A stretch of DNA of 64,000 nucleotides from Azolla caroliniana (Eukaryota; Plantae; Polypodiophyta): NCBI GenBank assembly GCA_043228905.1, contig JBHGNT010000013.1, forward strand, positions 16,058,001 to 16,122,000, written 5' to 3'. Every line of letters starts with the position of its first letter. Position 1 is the first letter of the stretch. The translations under genes were made by a program, and so were the position numbers. A model generated the notes under the pieces. It was not told the DNA's origin and searched no databases. It saw only the letters and a program-made list of their open reading frames with translations. This document shows positions 59,526 through 64,000 of this stretch, piece after piece.

Positions 59526-62500
59526 TGTTGAAGACAAGGCCGTCAATGCGGAAGATCAAGTAGCATTCGATTCGAGTTGAGTACCTGCGTATGACAGTTT
59601 CCACGATCGTGCACAGAGATAGAGAGAGAGAGAGAGAGAGGAGGAGGCACAAAAGACTCTTTCTATTCAATAGAAAACAATAATACAAAACAACCTTACA
59701 AAAAGGTTACTAGGTCACTTTATATAGTGACACACTTAGGGCAACTACCATTTATGCTAATTACACAAATGGCCCAAACTTGAGCTATACAAAGGGATAG
59801 TGTGAATACGTCCATTATACACTTGTATTCGACACTCCCCCGTAATGGGCGTATACATGGGTTATCTAAGATTACAGGTATAAACCTAGGTTCTCGGATA
59901 TATCAGTTTTTTTCGAGTCGGCAGTGTCCGAAGGCAGAAGACCGGACTGGTCGGGTCGGAAGAGTTGAAGCCGATCATTAAGGAACTGATGTCGGTTGTC
60001 TGAAACCATCCTGCGCTGTGTCCGGCTCTAACCGGACTGGTTTGTCGTTACGCCCATCTGATGCCGAAGGGACCGAAAGCGGTCTGCCGAAAGACACTTG
60101 GTCATTCCATCTGCGACATTGTCGGTTGTGGATATTTTCTCTAGACCGATTTTCCCTGAAATGACGCAGTCCCGAATGAAGTGATATCGAACGTCGATAT
60201 GTTTGGAGGCGTTGTGGTGAACCGGATTTTTCGACAAGGCAACAGCACCTTGACTGTCGCTATAGACAATTGGGGCCGAGTCATGGTCGACTTGTCGAAA
60301 CGTGTGCGCCAGCCGGCCGAGCCACAAAGCTTCTTTTGCAGCGTCGGACGCAGCTACATATTCTGCTTCGGTCGTTGAGGTCGTTGTGCACTCCTGAAGT
60401 TTCGACTTCCACGAAATTGCTCCATTGCCGAATTTGAAGCAGTATCCAGTTGTTGATTTCCGACTGTCTATACAGCCGGCGAAGTCCGAGTCGGTGTAAC
60501 CGACTACGCTTGAGGTTGAGTTCGGACCGAAAAGAATGCCGTGGTCTTTTGTGCCAGCCAGATATTTGAACACATGCTTGACTGCGTTCCAATGCGATCG
60601 GCCAGGATTGTGCATAAATCTGCTAACGACTCCTACGGCATGAGAAATATCAGGCCGTGTCGTGACCATCAGGTACATAAGGGAGCCGACTGTCGGTGCA
60701 TACGGTACCGACTTCATATCTTCCCCCTCCGGACCGGATGTCGGGCAGTCTCGCTGAGAGAGCCGAAGATTCATGGGGAGCGGGGTTGAAGCAGATTTGG
60801 CTGATTGCATGTTGAAGCGTTCCAAGACACGTCCGATATAGTCGGTCTGAGACAAAAAAAGATGTCGTTTATCGCGATGCCGACTAATCTTCATGCCAAG
60901 TATGTGTCGTGCCGGACCGAGGTCCTTCATGGCAAACTTCAACCGTAATTGCCGAATGAGATCGGCAAGTTCGCCCGCGTGGCGTCCAGAAATTAGCATG
61001 TCGTCCACGTAAATGATGAGGAAGATGGGTGATCCATCTTGAGCTGTGTTGGTAAAAAGACAATGGTCCTCATCGCTTTTTGAGAAGCCGATCGATTGGA
61101 TGAAGTCGTCGAACTTCTTGTACCATTGTCGCGGTGCCTGTTTGAGGCCGTATAGACTCTTCCTGAGTCGGCAGACTAGATGTTCTTGGCCAGTTGCCAC
61201 GAAGCCTTTTGGCTGCTCCATATAAATTTCCTCTTCAAGATCACCATGGAGGAAGGCTGTTTTGACATCTAGCTGAATCAGCTCCAAGTTGTCGGCTGCC
61301 ACTACGCCGAGTAGAAAACGAAGGGTTGTCATTTTCACCACTGGTGAAAAAATCTCGTCGAAGTCGACGCCATATTCTTGTCGGAAGCCCTTCGCAACTA
61401 ATCTGGCCTTGTACTTTGGGGTGGTCGAATCAGACGTCTCTTTTAGTCGATAAACCCACTTGCAAGGAAGAGCACGTCGATTCTTAGGTAATTCGACCAG
61501 ATCCCAAGTCTTGTTTGCCCGAATGGAGTGCATTTCCGACTCCATCGCCAGATGCCAGGTGGCTGAATCGACAGATGTCGATGCTTCTTCGTAAGACGTC
61601 GGTTCGTCGGCGTCGGTGAAGAAAATTCCAGGAGAATACCTCTCCGGAGGTTGCGACAGTCTCTCGGATCGTCGAGGTATGATTGGACTGGTCGTATCGG
61701 GTATCGAGGTCGGATGGTCCGAAAGCGAATTATTCTGCTGTGCCGAGTCAGAGTTGTCCGAGTCGGTAGTGTAAGGTTCAGCTACCCGTGAAGCTGACCG
61801 TGTGTTAAGAGCGGGGCCTTCTTGAAGGGTCGGCACATCGGAAAATGTTACCCTTCGGACTTCGATCGGTGTTTCGACTGATGGATTCATAGCCGACTCG
61901 TTGAACACAACGTCCGAACTTCGAACGATTTGTCTGCGTTCGGGGTCCCAGAGTCGGTATCCCATTTCGCCGTCTGATCCATATCCAAGGAAAATGCATT
62001 TCCTGGACCGAGGTGCAAGTTTTCGGCGATCATCTTTCGGAATAAGGGCGTACGCCTCGCATCCGAAGATCCTCAGCTTGTCGTAATTCGGCTTACTGCC
62101 GATCCATAGTTCCTGAGGAATTTGAAGTCCTAGAGGTCTACTTGGCGACATATTGATTATGTGTACTGCCGTGAGTAGAGCCTCTGCCCAGAAGCCATCC
62201 GACAGTCCGGAGTGTTGGAGCATGGAAACTATCTGTTCTTGGATTGTCCGATTCATGTGTTCTGCAATCCCGTTTTGCTCCGGACTGTGTGGTGCCGTAA
62301 ATTCACGTCGGATGCCGCGTTGTCGGCAGAATTTGACGAATTCTTCTGATTTGAACTCTCCCCCATTGTCGGTTCGAAAGCATTTCAGTTTTCGGTCAGT
62401 TTGATTTTCTACCATAGCGAGCCAATCGGAGAAGATCGAGAAGACACGATCTTTGGTGCGAATTGGATAAGCCCACACCTTTCGAGTCGAATCATCAATA

Positions 62501-64000
62501 AAACTGACGAAGTAAGAGGCACCGCCGAGAGACTGATGCGGCATTGGGCCACAGACGTCCGAGTGGACTAAATCGAGAGGTCTCGTTTCTCTTGGTGCTG
62601 ATGTCGGGTGTGATGCGGCTGCTTGTTTGCCATACTGGCAATGTTCGCAGAATTGATGGTCCGAGAAGGAGAGTTTAGGGATGTATCCGGCTCTAGATAG
62701 GTGCGTAATGCCGGCCTTGCTGAGGTGTCCTAATCTTTTGTGCCATAGTGATGACACAGGAATATCCACCAAAAACAGGTTACCCTCTCTGAGCGTAACA
62801 TGTAACGGATACAGTGAGTGTATCTTGGGTCCTCTAGCAAGCAGGAGGTTCCCCCTGTGGAGTGTCCACCCTCCCGAAGAAAAACCGGCACGAATGCCGT
62901 CTTCATCTAGTTGTCCGACTGAGATCAATGGCCTTGAGAGCTCGGGTACATGTCAGACATTGTGAAGTACAAGTGTAGAGCCACCTGCAAGGTTGAGCTC
63001 TACTGTGCCGATTCCAATGATGTCACAGTGTTGCGAGTTGCCGACTCGAACTGAATCGGAGTGACGGATCGTATATTGCCGAAATTGGGATCGATGAGGA
63101 GTCACGTGAAATGACGCGCCCGAATCTAAGAGCCATGTGCTCGATTCTTCAGTCGTGAGCAGAACTTCTGATCCGACTGGATTTTCGATTGATAGTATAT
63201 TCGGGTCGTTTGGTAGCACATCAGCTGAGGAGCTGACGTAATTGATCTCCTCATGCCGGCCACTCTTTTTGTCTGATTTCTGAGACTTGTCGTTCTTGTT
63301 CTTGAGTGCGCGGCAGTCGGCTTTGATGTGTCCGGGTTTCTTGCAATAGTTGCAGATTCGATTATCCCGTGACTGGCTCCGTCTTCGCTGATTGTTCGGC
63401 TGCCGTGAGGAATCTCTTCCTCGTATGTTCGATCGGTCTGTCGAACCTTGTACACGGTTGTGACGAAAGTTTCCCATGATGAGGGAAGGCTGCTCATGAG
63501 TATCATTGCTCTGAGTTCATCCTCAATTGCCGTCCCCTGTGACGAGATTTGGGAGCTTATGCTTTCGTACTCATTGAGGTGTGCTTGAACCGAATCGGAT
63601 TCTTTCATCCGCAAGTTGTAGAGGCGCCGGATCAGAAACATCTTCGTTGCGGCGACCTTCTTTTCGTAAGTGTCCGACAGTGTTTTCCACAGTTCGAATG
63701 CTGTCGTACACGATTGCACCGTAAAGTATACCGATTCCGATAGGTGCATCCGAATCGTGGCGCGGACGATTCTGTCCAGCTTCTGCCACTCAATTGGTTT
63801 GTATCCTTCTGGAGGTTCTTCATTTTCGATGGGATCGATTTGCCCCTTGACTATGAGATAGTCCTGCATTTGCTCCTTCCAGAAGTTGAAGTTCGATCCA
63901 TCAAACTTTTGTAGACTCATTTCTGACGAACCGGATGTTGATGTCATGACTCTGCCCTAAGTCGGCTACGAACTTTGGTGAAGTGCAGCGATTTGGCCCA
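59526..64000 (-). mobile_element. Ty1/copia element B3 (B1 subtype); 5' end beyond the window
   Basis: 3' LTR at 59526-59834 is near-identical to the B1 LTRs. Gag-pol 60028-63947 has a TGA at 62953 and a 112-bp gag deletion near 63451. Confidence 0.96.

Noticed and set aside
59526-64000. B1/B3 as an inverted segmental duplication
   Set aside because: Similarity stops exactly at the LTR end and the flanks are different host elements, so they are separate transposition events.

Overview
The window contains only transposable elements; I found no host gene. It looks like plant heterochromatin, and the element mix suggests a non-seed plant such as a fern or lycophyte (inference). It holds about 18 nested elements or fragments, most delimited by LTR ends and target-site duplications (TSDs) read directly from the sequence. 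Ty1/copia: three groups of tRNA-iMet-primed elements (A-type: A1, A2, H, J; B-type: B1, B2, B3; C-type: C1, D, E, F and a solo LTR). Only B2 (30787-36235) keeps an uninterrupted gag-pol ORF. Ty3/gypsy: a chromovirus (3889-19973) with an apparent Tf1-style self-priming site; a tRNA-Trp-primed lineage whose visible insertion junctions all sit at ACGT; two further solo LTRs; and a 3-kb deletion derivative carrying only a coiled-coil accessory ORF. One DNA transposon encodes an intron-containing Sola-like DDD transposase pseudogene whose large intron is a ~147-bp tandem array. The most unusual signal is an antisense, outward-pointing tRNA-like (Pol III A/B-box) module near the U3 end of four different gypsy-type LTRs.
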